Both the position numbers and the translations under genes were made by a program. Below are positions 25,881 through 39,300 of a stretch of 64,000 nt of DNA, one piece after another (within the stretch, counting starts at the first letter, position 1; each line of letters starts with the position of its first letter). The notes below the pieces were generated by a model that searched no databases, had not been told where the DNA came from, and saw nothing but the letters and a program-made list of their open reading frames with translations. Source of the stretch: Lama guanicoe (lineage: Eukaryota); contig MU053873.1 of the NCBI GenBank assembly GCA_013239625.1, positions 1,812,524-1,876,523 of the forward strand, read 5' to 3'.

Positions 25881-26889
25881 ATTTTTAGCCCCAAATGTCA
25901 ACATTCTTGAAGCCAGCAGCCTTCATTTAAAAACAAATGCCAAAGCTGAACCCAACATTGTATAGGAAACAGGTAGTCTTTTCTGTAGCCTGATGTGCTG
26001 CCCCTGCCAGCCACCTCTCTCCCCCTTCCCAGGCTTAGCAGGGCACAGAAGTTTTCGGGGAGGTAGAGGAAAGGTTGTGTGAAAGCTGGTCTAGGAGTGC
26101 CGACCGGGAGGGCCTGGCAGTGCTTTCCTCAGGCAGGACGACTCTTCAAGGAGGAAGCAAACTCCTTCTCCACCCAAACCTCCTCTGCTCTAGCTCACAG
26201 TTCCACCCAGACACCATTCTGGGGAACAGGAAGTTCTCACACTCCCCAAAGTCCAGAAGCTCCCCTCAGCTGAGAAGAGGCAGCACTTACTGTAGCCAAG
26301 ACCTGTCTCCCAGAGAAGGTGGGTCAGGTCATTCCATCTTTGCTTCCAGGACAGAGACTAGCCTCCTGTGTTTTGGCCCCCCTCCTTCTCCATCCTCTCT
26401 CACCTCTAGGCTCCAGGTTCTCTGAGACCAAAGCCCCTGGTGCCCTCTAGGCCTGGAGCCCCCTTCCCTCCTCGGTTCTGCCTTCTACCTCAGCCCAGGT
26501 GCCGCATCCTTCAAGACGCCTCCCCTGACCTCCCAACGAGGCCAGCATCCCTCCTGGATGTTGTCAACTCAGCCAGGGTTGGAGCTCCGTAAAGGCAGGT
26601 ACCAGGGCACGCACCGCTGCAGGCTCGGGGCCTGTGCACTGTCTGCCACAGAGTCATCTGTTCTGTCTGCCTGCAGATCTGTTTTGAACAAATGAAGCCG
26701 AGAAGCCCCAGACTCACCCCTCTCCTCCCGCTCCTTTCCTACCAAACAGCAGGTCGTCTCTTGACCTCTACCTGTTAACCATTCCCCTGACCCTGCCTGC
26801 AGCCCAGCCAAGGCCACATCCCAGGAAGAGTCGCCCTACCTCGATCACCTCCCATCCTTTGCAAGGAAATATTTCTGCTTTATGACTAA

Positions 26890-27220
26890 CCCTGCTCCTC
26901 ATTTCTTTCGTGTTATCTTAATGAATTAACTGGGTGCCCATCGTTCCCCCGGCCCCCCGCAGTTTATGAGCTGTACAGCGATATCTGTGCTCTTAGTCAA
27001 CCCACACAGTTGTTGTGCTGGTTCCTATTACAGTAATTGGCATAAACTTTATTCTTTTGCAGAGAGATTTTTTGGCCCGCTGAGACCGCATAACCATCTG
27101 CCATAAATTGAGACTAGTACGGCTTATTTTGGTGAATGCAAAATTGGATCCCATTCTTTACTCTGTGGCTTGATTCAACTTCCAGATGGTTAATCCACAT
27201 GAAGTAATAGGAATGCACCA
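26890..27220. promoter_or_regulatory. Candidate developmental enhancer
   Basis: Repeat-free AT-rich block in GC-rich surroundings, dense in TAAT/TTTATG/CATAAA and CAGATG motifs, with retained CpGs. Confidence 0.5.
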
Positions 27221-27959
27221 CAGCTCTGCTTAGCTGAAGATGGAGACGTAATATTTATTTGCTGATGTGGAGGCCTTCGAACGCTGCCCTGTTGGGATGT
27301 CAGTATATAACACAGCAGCACAAAAATGTCAGCTTGTCCACGGGAGAGACAGTGTTCCTCCAAGTTGCCACAGGGGACCCCTGATGTCACTTTCTTTTTT
27401 TTTTTTTTGGTCTGCCCTTGACCTAATCTCAAGAGGTTTTGTTCTCTCCTGGGCTGTTTCTTATCAGCTATGTCTGCCCATGTAGCCGGCTTCGCATCTG
27501 CTTTGACTTTAGTGCCTATGACATTTTCATTAATACATCTTCAAGGTTGAGCCCTGATTCCAAATATCCTGCAGCTCATGGAAGCCGTAGCTCAGCTGTG
27601 CCCAGCTGGGGGCTGCCAGGAAATCTGGCCCAGTGGTATGGACAAGCTCGGACATCTCCACCCATTTGGGTTTTGGGTTAATAATACATTTTCACTTTTA
27701 CTTTTCCCCACACCAGCCTGCCACGCCGGGGGATTCTCTGAAAGAGATCTAGGTCAGCAGATTCAGGGGCTTAAACCTCAATGGTGCTTCCACTCCCAGG
27801 AGTCTTATCTGCCTGATCTACCAGGATTACCCATCCCCCACCAGCCAACCTGGCCCTTGAAAACTTGCCCTGGACTCCACAGCCTGGCCATGTTTCCCCA
27901 TGTACCCTGGGGAAGACTGGGACTCAAGGCCTCCTCTCTGTGCCCAGAATCCTAAGAAC

Positions 27960-28230
27960 TACCTACATTTGCATCAGCCAAGGATCTTGTTAAAAATGCA
28001 GACACCTGGACCAAGGCGGGGACCAGCTGTCCCAGTTTGCTCAGGACTGTCCTGGTTTTAGCACTGAAACTCCTGTGTCCTGGAGAACCACTCAGATCTG
28101 AGCAAATGGAGACGGTTGGTCACCCTCCTTGGGTCCTACCCCAGAACCGAGAGTGAGAGCCTCAGAGGGCTCAGGCCTGGAGATCTAGTTTTGATCAGTT
28201 CCCATGGGTGATTCTGAGAAGCACTGGAAC
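27960..28230. mobile_element. MER5A-like element interrupted by a MER81-like (hAT-Blackjack) element at ~28018-28127
   Basis: MER5A motifs (gatcttgttaaaaatgcaga; ggtgattctga) flank gaccagctgtcccagtttgc...gacggttggtcaccct. Confidence 0.65.
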
Positions 28231-29489
28231 TTGGGAACTGTAAGTCCCCTCAGGACTTGAGTTCTCTCAGTTTTCATGAATGCACCACACGATACTCTCA
28301 TCACTTTCTTAGGTAGAGTGTTTGCTTCCCGCACTGTGAGATCCTCACGGAAGGGCTCAGCCCAGTCCAATTTTGCTTTCTCAGTTCCCAGCTCTATGTC
28401 TGGCCTAGAGTCGACACTCAGAACAGGCTGACTGAAGAAATAATTGGATACAAGCAAATATCCTTGGTAGAGAAAGTGACCCAGACCTGTTTCTCATGTA
28501 CTTTTCCAAAGTTCTGGGGTGGACTTGGTTAGGAATTAGATCAAGGAAATTCTAGTAGGGCAGGAATTGGATCAGGGATTTTTTTTTTTTTAAGGGAGTG
28601 AAAACCTTGAACGTTCCAAGATGGAACAAATAAGGAATTAGATCTAAGAAAATCTAAAATGGAATGGACTGGAACCATGAACGTTCTAAGACAGGATTGC
28701 TTTCTTCTTTAACCATCACAGGAGCTTCAGCAGGCAGCAAAGAACAAGAGGCCAGATGCCTTATACCTGATTATCGAAGCCCAGCATCCCTTAGTGCTTT
28801 TGAATGTTCGGAGTCTGCAGCTCCTCAAATAATCACAGCTGTGCCTGAAGACGGCCTCAAGTATGAGGCCTCCAGGCTGGGTGGTGGGGGACCAGGGAGC
28901 CCAGAAAACAGGCCAAGCCGAGGCAAAGGAGTGGGAGCTGGTGTCTGGCTCTGGCAGGATCCCAGCACCACGATCCTTCACCCCTCAACCTGGGCAGGGC
29001 TCAGCCAGGTGCTGGCCGTCTCCCAGTCACCTGAGTGGAAGCCCCAGGTTTAGTGAGCTGTCCTGTTGCCTCGGGCAGCAGATCTTGCCGCCTCCTAATT
29101 TAGTTTCCTTGTCCATTCAATAAAGATGGGAAGACCCTCCCCTTCTCTGGTTATGGCTTTGAAATGGGGGCAACCATAAAGGATTATCTGTATGGGTTTT
29201 CTGTCTGTGGAAACACTGAGGTCGACCCAGGGTCCCGGTCCCACACTCTGTTCGTGATAATCCCGTTGGCAAGAGGAAGCCCACACACATGAAGGGTAGA
29301 GTCTGCAATGGCAAAAAGGAGCCCAGAGTCACCTTAACAAGAATCAGACCCACTAGCTCGAACCCACTGGATTCAGTGGCAGTCAGCACGCTTGTCCAAG
29401 TGGACAAAGCAAAGCCCAGGGACAGGCTGCAGTGGAGGGAGACGTGGCTCCCCTTTGCTCCTTGGCTGGGTCAAGGGCGCCTCTCACAC

Positions 29490-30118
29490 CCCACGTCTCA
29501 TGCCCCATGTCAGTTCCTCCACCTTCAACATATGTCTGCACATCCAGAATCTGACCCTTCTCACCATGCCCACCAGAACGACCCTAACCCAGCCTCTCCC
29601 TAGATTGTTGCTTAAGACCTTTCTCCTCCACAGAGAAGCCAGGGTGGTTCTTTTAAGTGACCCGCTAGACCCGTCTGTCCCCACCCCCTCCCACTCCTCC
29701 TGCCCCTAACTTCATTCCAGCCACACCAGCCTCTCGCTGGCAGCTTCTCCAACACCTCAGGCAAGTCACCTCAGGGCCTTTGCACTGGCCACTCCCACTG
29801 CCTGGAACACTTTCACCAGAGCCCCTCCCAGGTCCCTCCCCTGCCTTACTCAGATGCTCAAAGGTCCCCCCTCCAGGAGGGGGGCCATCCCAGACCACCT
29901 TATACAAAACCAGCCCTCCCTGCATCTGTCATAGCTCTTTATCTTCACAGCACTTATCACTACCTGCACTGTGTGTGTTTGTGTATGCATGTGTGTGTGT
30001 ACTGCTTGTCTCTTCCCACTGGATCAGAAGTTCCATGAGAGCCAATTTCATGCTGTCCTCAGTGCCTAGAACCGGCATGGTCCCATACTAGGTGCTCGGT
30101 AAGCATTTGCAAATGAGT
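29490..30118 (+). mobile_element. L2 LINE 3' fragment
   Basis: cctcagggcctttgcactggc..tgcctggaacac...cagtgcctagaac...taggtgctcggtaagcatttg. Confidence 0.75.
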
Positions 30119-32571
30119 CACTCCGGCGTTTCTCCCGTGTTAGAAGAGGCTGGTGACTCTCAGTGAGTGAACCACATGGTAGTTGCAAAGATCACAATAT
30201 AACCATCACAGTATAACCAAACAGGGCTGTCCAAATGTAATGATGGCCACTAGCGTCTCTCCACCCCAGAGCGGCGATTCTGGAGCATTCTGTGTAATTG
30301 GAGCACAATTAAGCATATGGCAGTGTTTCCACCAGGCTGTAGATCTGATTCGGAGCTTCCCCGACGTGGGCTCTGGTTTCTTTCTTTTCCCCTGTAACAA
30401 CAAACCTAGATGCACCATCGGGCGGGCCCTGTGGTCTGGACCACAGGGGAATACTGAGGAGTGAGATTCATGCTAACAGGATTTAATCCTGAGACGCTGG
30501 GCTATATATCCACTGGCGATTTCCTGGATTTTGGAGCCAACATAAATAATAGTGAGAGGATTCCCGCTGTGTGACGTGAGGTGTGTCCTGCTGGCCTGGG
30601 GCAGGAAGCTGCCCAGCCCGGGTTGCTGTTGACAGACGAGGCAGGGCCCCCCAGTGGAACCAGCGGAGCTGCACCCCACTGTCTCCTCCACCCCCACCCC
30701 CTGTGCCGGACCACTCACTGGCCTCTCTCGACAAGTGCCAGGCACTCTGCAAAGCATCCTCAGGGTGAGAAGGGCCAACAACAGAGATGAAAATTAAGAC
30801 ACATATTTGGCACCCATTTCAGCTGTGTAGTGAAATTCCTCATCTGTATGTACAAATCATGACTTTTCCAACTGGACTGTGAACTTCCTGGGGGGGAGGT
30901 CTGTATTTTAGGCAGCCAGCTTGTGAAAACTTGGAAAGTCATCTGTGGCACCTCATTTTCATAAAAGGAAATGGAGGTGTCTGGTAGGGTAAGGTTAGAA
31001 ATAACTTACACTGTTGGAGGATGGACAGGTAAAATAAGGCCTGTTCATGAAATGGAGTATTATATAGCAGCTAAAAGGGGTGAGCTATCTCCACACTTAT
31101 TAGAAAGGATGAACCTTGAAGATACATATTGACAGAGAAAAATAAATTGCAGAGGATAGTATCACTTATGTTCATTTAAAAACCACCTCCCCAAGGCAGT
31201 GTCCACCAAGGGGTGGCAGGCGTCCTGGAAGGCTGAAATTACATTAAACACTTACTGGCCCACATGTATGGCAGCAGGGAGGGGAACACACTGGGGGAGG
31301 GGAGGGTGTGTCCAGACTGACGATGAGACTGAGCCGCTCACAGATGAGTGTCCTTGAGGGAATCAGTTCATGCCTGGATACTTGCCAATCCAAAATAAGT
31401 CAGTCAGGGTCCCAGCATGTCCCAGCCCATGGTGGCCCAGGAGCTGCAGTCTGCCTTCTCAGTGGGTCTTCAATAAATATCCTTTCAACTCATGGGACTT
31501 CTACATTAATAAAACCAACGTGCTAGGAGCACTTTCTCAGCCAACAAAAGATCCTTTACTGAATCCTGATTGTGAAAATCCACTCCTTAGTGCATTCTCC
31601 CCTCTCCCTGTGAGATTCTATTGACTTCTTGGCTTGTGTGGAGCACTGGCATGTCTGCTTGTTCTTGCTGTTGTGTCTGTTTTGTGGTTCCGTCCGCCTG
31701 TTCTCACTACAGGAATCTGATTCAGCTGTAGCACCCCCTTCCTTGGAGGCCTCCTTTTCTCTACCTTGACCAAAGTTCTTCTTTGGTTCTTTTTTTCCCC
31801 CCACTTTTTCTTCTCTTTTATTGAACCCACTTGTCTTGAAGAACTTCTCTGTGTCTTGAGTTCTGCTGGGTTAGATTCAGATGTCAAAGCAAGATAGTTC
31901 CTCTCCTCACAGGACTTCTAACTCAATACCCTCCCTACCTTCCCCAGACAGGTCAACAAGCACAGGGCAAGGCCAGGGGTGGAGAAACAGTGGTGCCCAA
32001 AGAAAGAGGTTCTCTGCTCCAAGCAGGAACTTCCATAAAGGCCCCCGGCAACTGGGCGTGTGTGCAGAGGAGGGTGGGCAGAAAGGAGAGGGAAGTGGAA
32101 ACTGGGTTTATGAGAATTGGTGGAACGACTTGGAAGTCCACATTCCATTTCAGAGAGAAGGGTTCTTTCCACCTGTCTGCAGTCCTCCAGGATCCAGTAA
32201 TGCGGGTTTAGGGGAAAGAGGGCCTCAGCTGGGAGTCCATACACGTTGAGACAATTAGGGGGATAATTTGGGCTGAGTCATCTTGGCAGAGGCCAGGAGG
32301 AGGGTGTTGGGTGGGTGGGGTCCCCATCAGTATAATTGCTCCCGACTTCTGCTTTTCTTTGACGTGGCAGTAAAGTAAGTTAATCCACTGCTCAAAAAAG
32401 GCTGAGTCTCCTCTTGCAACATGGCATTAACAGCAAAATCTGCCTGAACCTGACACCAGAATGACCCGGTGAGGACCCTGTCCCAGGGCAGGAAGCCGGG
32501 AACACAGAGGGGAAAACAGGCAAATTATATGCCTGTCCCAAGCCTCAGTGCAATCTGGAAAACAGGAAAAA

Positions 32572-32662
32572 TGCTGTATTCCATCAATTCTAAAAAGTCC
32601 CATTCTTCTCTCTCACATTTTAATATCGCTAAAATTGGGATGCAGTGTCTTAGATTTGGTGA
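32572..32662. mobile_element. MER104-like TcMar fragment
   Basis: ctgtattccatcaattctaa...cacattttaatatcgctaaaattgggatgca...tcttagatttg. Confidence 0.55.
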
Positions 32663-33317
32663 CAAGAAGAGAAAAACACAAGAATCACTACCCTTTACGG
32701 AGTGCTTACTCTATGCCAAGCACCTTTTCTAAGAACGTTGGAGTTTAATCCTCTTAAAAAACTCTCTGAAATAGATATGGATTTCATGCCCATTTTGTAG
32801 ATGGAAAGACCCAGGTTTCAAGGGTGATTCACACACCCTAGGTTCCACAGCCAGTGATCAGAGGATCCAAAATCTGGTGATATGGTGTTTGGAAGGTCTG
32901 TGTATTTAAGTTTTCAGCTGACACACAGTAGGATCTTGATTTCTCTACCTCTTGGATCACCTGCCAAAATGCTTGCCTCCAAATCTTTGCGTTTGGGCCT
33001 GCTTTGAGGGGAACCCTGGTTGAGTGAGCCGAGATGCCTGCCAAGGTAGGAGTGTCAAAGGAATCAAGTGATGATATGAGACCCACAAGGAGGAAGAGGT
33101 GGGCAGGCCCTGAGACACTGACAGCAAGATGGCACTGGCCACCCAGAGAGCACCTACTTTTGCAGCTGGAGGTTGCTCAGCCCATGGGTCTGCAGAAGCT
33201 GCAGATAGAGCCACAGAGGAAAGAAACGAAGACCCAAACACAAATCTCTCACCCACTTCTGTGCACGAGGTGGGGCTGGCTTCAGACAACAGATGTTTAG
33301 AAGTTGGTGCAACTCAT

Positions 33318-33535
33318 AGTGTGGAAATCGCCCTGGACTTGGAGCCAAGCCCATCTGATTCAGATCACAGCTCCGCAGCTTCTGAGCTCTCTGACCTTGG
33401 ACGGGTCACATGCCCAATTTGAGCCTCATTTTTGTCATCTGCACAACGGGGGCATAAAAGTCCTTGTGTCACAGATTACATAGAGGACTCTCTGAAATAA
33501 CGTGTGTAAAGGGCTTCACATAGAGCCAGGCATGG
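33318..33535 (+). mobile_element. MIR SINE
   Basis: tgaccttggac..gagcctcatttttgtcatctgcacaacgggg...tgtgtaaagggct. Confidence 0.7.
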
Positions 33536-33739
33536 GATAACACCCCTTCAGTCAAATGCCAGTTTTGGGAAAATACCTTCAACATGGAAGCATTGTAAGG
33601 ATTCAGAGATTTTGTACAAGCAGCCGGTCAGTGTGTTTTGCACACATGGCAAATGTTAGCTAGAACTGGTGGTGTCAGGAGTTAGTCAAAATCTATTTTA
33701 TTCCCTGGATATCATTTGTGCTCCTGTTACACTGACCCT

Positions 33740-34075
33740 TATGGGTCCTACCACAGAGCCTTTGCACATGCTGTTTCTGTTGCCTGGAATAATGTTCCCC
33801 TCTTTCTTTGCTTTGTTACTTACCCCCGCCTTCAGCTCTTAGCTCATGGGATACTTCCTCAGGGAAGCCCTCCATGACCCCCACATTCTCACAGCATCGT
33901 GTACTCCTCCTTACTGCTGCCCGACTGTATAGCTTCCTGTACTATTGAACGTTGCCTCTCTCTGGTCTGTAAGCCCTGTAAGGGCAGGGGTCTTTTCTGT
34001 TCATGGCACCTTCCCTTCCTTCAGGCACAGCTCTGGCATACAGTCAACACTCGATAAATGTTTGTTGAATGAATG
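33740..34075 (+). mobile_element. L2 LINE 3' fragment
   Basis: gcctttgcacatgctgttt..tgcctggaat...ctgtaagccctgtaagggcagg...taaatgtttgttgaatgaatg. Confidence 0.75.
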
Positions 34076-36369
34076 TCTGAAGAGAGGGCTTTTGTCTAAA
34101 GAAAACTCCTGAAGGAGTGACTCAGAAGCAAAGAATCGGGGGCTGGGGTAGGGGAGGGAAGACAGTTGTGTTTTCTTGCCCAGGGCTGGAGGAAAGGGGC
34201 ATGTTCAGGGCCAGACAAGCTGCCTTCATAGCTCAGCTCCAGCTCTTACAAGTTTGGTGATGCTGCCCACAAACTGAGCCTCATGTTCCTCATCCATGAA
34301 ATAGGGAGAAAGGCATGTACCTTGATGAGTTCTCAGACGAGTAAATAAGGTAATATGAACACCTGGCCTAGTACAGCCGGCTCTGTCTGCAGACGCAAGT
34401 TACTCCTCCACTTGCCTTAGAAGAAGAGGCTCTTGACCCAGCATGTGATGCTCTAGAATTCTCTGCGGAGCCGGGAGCCTGGGGATGTGCCATGGTTATG
34501 AGGCCGCCACCTAGCATGAAGTCGTAATTGTTGGGTCAGATTTAATTGCTCTCTAAAGAGCAGATGGCCACGCCGGGTGGCTATGACACATCACTGTTTG
34601 CCTGCCTGGCAATGCTGCCCTGGTGGGTACAGGGGCCTTTGTTCTGAGACCCACAAAAGACGGGCTGTGGCCGTGTGGATATTTTTCAGGCAATTCTTAG
34701 CTGTCGTGGAGGTTTCTCCAGTCACAGCTTCCTCTTGGTCTGCAATGGGGGACTCAAGACCAAGTCTTAGTGGGAACAGCCAGGGCACGGGAATGGTCAG
34801 AGTGGAGGAGAAAAGACCCTCAGAAGCAAGAGTTTTGTCTTCAGCTCAGGTGGGGGGCGGTGCTGTGGAAGTTGCAGGCCTAGGTGGGGACAGCAGACAG
34901 GATCACACAGGGGCTCAAGGTACCGGCTCAGGGTCAGCGTCCTGGTTCATCCCAGCAGCCCCACCACACGCAAATGGCTTCCTCCATGAGCCTCAGTTTC
35001 CTCATCTCTAAAATGGGAATAACAATACCTATAGGATGAGGAAGATACAACCAGAAAGAAACTTTAAAAACAACCTGAGATGCTGCCATTCTGACCCCAC
35101 AGCCAGTTCCTTCCTTGCACGTTTCCACCTGTCCTGTCTGCGCATGCTTGGCTTATGTGGCTGCAGGCATAGCATGCTTTGCCTAACCTCTGTTAGATCA
35201 CAGTTCCCCACGCTTCTACATGCTTCTCAGTTCATATTTTTAATGGTTGCTAAACTGTCCATTATAGTCGTGTCTCAGGAGTAACTAAAGCACACGCACT
35301 CACATATACCCGTATCCACATACACCCACACACACAATTGCTCACACATGCACAATCTTTGCCACCTGTGAGGTGTACAGACTCCCTCTAGGTCTCCACC
35401 ATGTAGATAACACCAGAATGAACATCTTCATATGGGTAATTAGTATTTTCCACTTTTGAATTCTGTCTTGAGGATGAATTCCTAACTGGGAGATCCCTGG
35501 TAATGGTAAGTCTGCCACTTTGCAGGGGTGTTTAGGATGGCATTTTTAGCAGAGCTTTCCAACAAAGGGACAGACCACCTTGGTGGCAGCGAGCCTCGGG
35601 TACCTGGAGGTGTGCAAGATGACTGGGTCAGCTGTTCATTGATCTGACAACTGTTTGTCGGGCCTCACGCTGTGCCAGGCCCATAGTAGGCACTGTGGAC
35701 ACAGGTGACATGGCCCCCACCTTCCTGGAGCTCGCAGCCCAGAGAAGTAAAGGACGGTGACCTTGCAGTGCATGCTGTGCTGTGCTGTGCAGGGGATGCT
35801 CAGGGCAATCTGCTCCCCTGCTCACACTGTGAAGACCCCGCTCCAGGCAGCCAAAGCTCAGCATGTCAGAATGTGTCGTGCCCGGCAACAACTTACTGTG
35901 GTGTCACGTGCTTCACAGACTCCAGCTCCACGACCTACAGCCTTGTCTTATGCCTCTCACATGGAGTGATCTGTCCTGGGGGCTTCCAGGCCCCATTCAA
36001 TCCTGACTCTAGACCAGAGGTTTCTTGAGGCTTCCCCCCTTTTAATATACGCCCGTAGAATGATTGGATATTGAGATGGCTCATTCATTACAGAAGCTTC
36101 TAGAGTCACTTCATAGATTTTTGAGTCCACGGGCGGCTTCTCTGGGCTGTTTCCAAGGAGTGTGCACAACTCGCACCCTGCAGGGGCCACACTGTAAACT
36201 GCTGGTCTTAGAGGTTGTCTGAGTGAAGTCTGCAGACCTGACTGCCCTTGGGTTGCTGTGTGACCTTCCGCCAGTCACTTCCCCTCTCTGTTTCCACTTC
36301 AGGCAAAGGGGGATGGTAATCCACTGAGTCCCAGCCCAAGGCTGGGTTACTTCTTTCCCTCCCCTTCAT

Positions 36370-39300
36370 GGTCCATTCTCAGTTCTCAACACCAGATCAG
36401 GCAAGCTAGGTCACAAGAGTTGCAAATTATGAAGATCTCAGAGAAGGCCCAAGAACAGGCCATCATAGGGCCATTAGAATGCAAACTGGACAAGCACACT
36501 CCCACTCACTCCTTCCTATACATCCCCAAATGCCCTATGCCCCTGCTAGGAAGGGACAGCTTACATAAATCAGAAGCTACTGTCTACCAATGGAGAGACA
36601 AACTGGAGGCTGGCATCCCCTAGGCAGAGGGCACAAGATGAAAATGTTTATGAGTGAGGATAAACCTCCCCAGAGCAAATCCCGAGGTCTGGGCTCAGGG
36701 CCAGGTGGGACGAGCTGCAGGAGCCAGTCCCGTGATAGTCCATCTAAAACCTGGACATACGTGGCCAACAGAAAACAGTTCCCTCTCTGTCTGGAGGCCT
36801 CGCTGGGCACTGCCCCTGTGATACAGGCCTAACTGACCGGGGCCTTATTAGACTGTGCCAGTCTGCTGTAATACCCTCATTCTCCCTGTGAGAAACCCGG
36901 TGGGGAATACCGGATGGTACAGGACCTCAGGCAGTCGATGAAGCCACCGAGGACATACAACCAGTGATCCCTGCACCCTGCTGGCTGCTCTACCGTCCAC
37001 CAGGACCCAGGATTCTGTATTAGATTCAAGAGATGCTTTCTTCTGTATTCCATTAGCCCCAGGGTCACAAAAAATTTTTTGCTTTTGAGTGGCAAGACTC
37101 AAACTCACAACAAAGACAATGATACTACTGGACAGTCCTACCCCAAGAGTTCAAAAATTCCCCCACCATCTTTGGGGAAACTTTAGCTAAAGACCCACAA
37201 GATCTACATCTGGAGAAGGGAACCCCCCCCCTCCAGTCTGTAGATGACCTTCTGATGGCCGGCCCTACTGAACCACCTAAGCAGTAACGGATACAAGGTG
37301 TCCAAGAAAAAGGCTCAATGTCACAAACTAGGGTGACCTCCCTAGGCGACATTCTCACAGACAGTCAGAGAAGCCCGTCCCAGGAAAGGAAAGAAGCCAT
37401 TTGCAGCCCCTCTCCCTCTGTTCCTAAAACTAGAAGACAGCTTAGGGGTTTCCTGGGGACGGTGGGTTTTTGCTGCATCTAATAACTAGGCCTCTAAGTG
37501 AACGTTGAAAGAAAAGGAAGGTGATCCTTCTGGATGGAATTCAGAATGCAATGGGGCCTTTCAAGAATTGACAAAGCAATGACTTTAGGCCCCCGTCCTC
37601 ACCTCCCCCCACCAGATTTAGCTAAACCCTAGACCTTTACATTCATAAAAGGAGGGGAATCTCCCTTGGGATATTCAGTCAGAAACTGGGACCCCTTACT
37701 CAGGCGGTTGCTTATTTCTCTAAACAATTGGATCAAACTGCCAAAGGTTGGCCTCCTTGCCTCCAGGCAGTGGCAGCTGCTACAACCCTGCTGAAGGAGG
37801 CTGAAAAGTTAATACGTGGTCAGCCCACCACTATCCGGACTCCACACCAGGCTCAGGCTTTAGTAAGTTCTAAGGGAACAGAATGGCCATCCCCCAGAAG
37901 GTCAATTCCAGTTCAGGTTATACTTTTAGATAGCCCCGTGGTTGCCATAAAGGCCTGTTACACACTAAATCCTGCCACCCTGCTACCCACAGAAATGGGA
38001 CCCTTGAAGTCTGATTGTATAGAAGCCATAGACACAATCCATCCCAGTCTCCCGGACCTAGGAAGTAAGCTCAGTTTTATGCAAGGAAAAGGCAGGCGGG
38101 ATACACAGTGATCTCTCAGACCCAACTCATAGAGGCACGGAGCCTTCCTCCAGGGACGTGTGCCCCAGAGGCCGAGCTGACAGCCTTCCCCTGAACCTTA
38201 GACCTCAGGACAGGGAAGATCTTAAATGTTCACGCAGACTCCTGGGACATATATACCATCCCACATACACAGGGGGCAATTTGGAAAGAAAGAGGTATGC
38301 ATGCTGCAGAGAATAAACAGGTGAAACATGGTTTAAACATATTGAGACTTCTAGAAGCAGTGTAGCTTTTGAAGAAGGCGGCAGTGATTCACTGTGGGGG
38401 TCACCAAAAGTGGGGGGGTGCAGAGATAATGAAGGGAAATTACAAAGTGGACGCCTCTGTTGAAAGGACTGCCCTGGAAACAGTAACTTGGCAATTGAAC
38501 CTCATACCTAAGAGTCCAGAGTCATCCAGTGATTCCCCAATCTACACAATCAGGAAGAATCAGACAAAGCCGGAAAATGGGGCGGCTTCAAAAGAGATCT
38601 AGTTAATGAACACAGGCAATACTTCTTTCTCCAAATGCAGTTTGTCAAGGCATCAGGGAGGCTCACCAAGGAACTCACTATGGCAGGGAAGCCCTATATA
38701 GCTGGTTGGTTGACGTCATGGTAACTCCTGGCAGAGAAAAGTGTAATCAGTCAGTGCGTTGAAACATGCTCCACTGGCATAATGAACAACCCCAGCACCA
38801 GACGCCCAGAGGCCCCCAGGTAAGGCCAGTTGAGACCAGAGGGGCAGATGGTGGGGAAGACTGTCGGACTGATTTCACTGACAACTTCAGGCATCTCTTG
38901 ATGCTAGTGGACACGTTTTCAGGGTGGGTAGAAACATCTCCCACTAGAACTGAAACGGTAGCCCACGTGGCCAAGGCATTACTAAAAGAAAGGATTCCCC
39001 AGGTTTGGGCTCCCAGGATCCCTACAAAGTGAGAAGGGCCCAGCAGCTGAGTCTCAAGTGACAAAAGGGACAACAAGATAAAATGGACCTTGCACTCAGC
39101 CTGAGGAGCCCAATTGTTAGGGGAAGTAGAGAGATCTACTCAGCCACGCTATGATGCCGGGAGACTTGAGAAAACTGGATTAAGTTATTCCCAGCTGCCC
39201 TGTTCTGCCTGTGGTTAGCCCCAAGAGGTGAATTAGTTAAGTGTGGTTGAACTCACGTAGGACCCATTGCCCAAGCCCGGAATGGGCTTCCGTAGCCTTC

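Noticed and set aside
36325..36352. Short matches to the LTR (ccagcccaag, tgggttac) just before the protease remnant, as a possible 5' LTR relic
   Set aside because: Only 8-10 nt matches, not colinear at the right spacing, and no PBS follows; chance is likely.
37728..39032. A domesticated or functional ERV protein from the surviving ORF pieces
   Set aside because: Fragments are short, catalytic motifs are mutated or deleted (SVDD, missing first RNase H Asp motif), and frames are broken.
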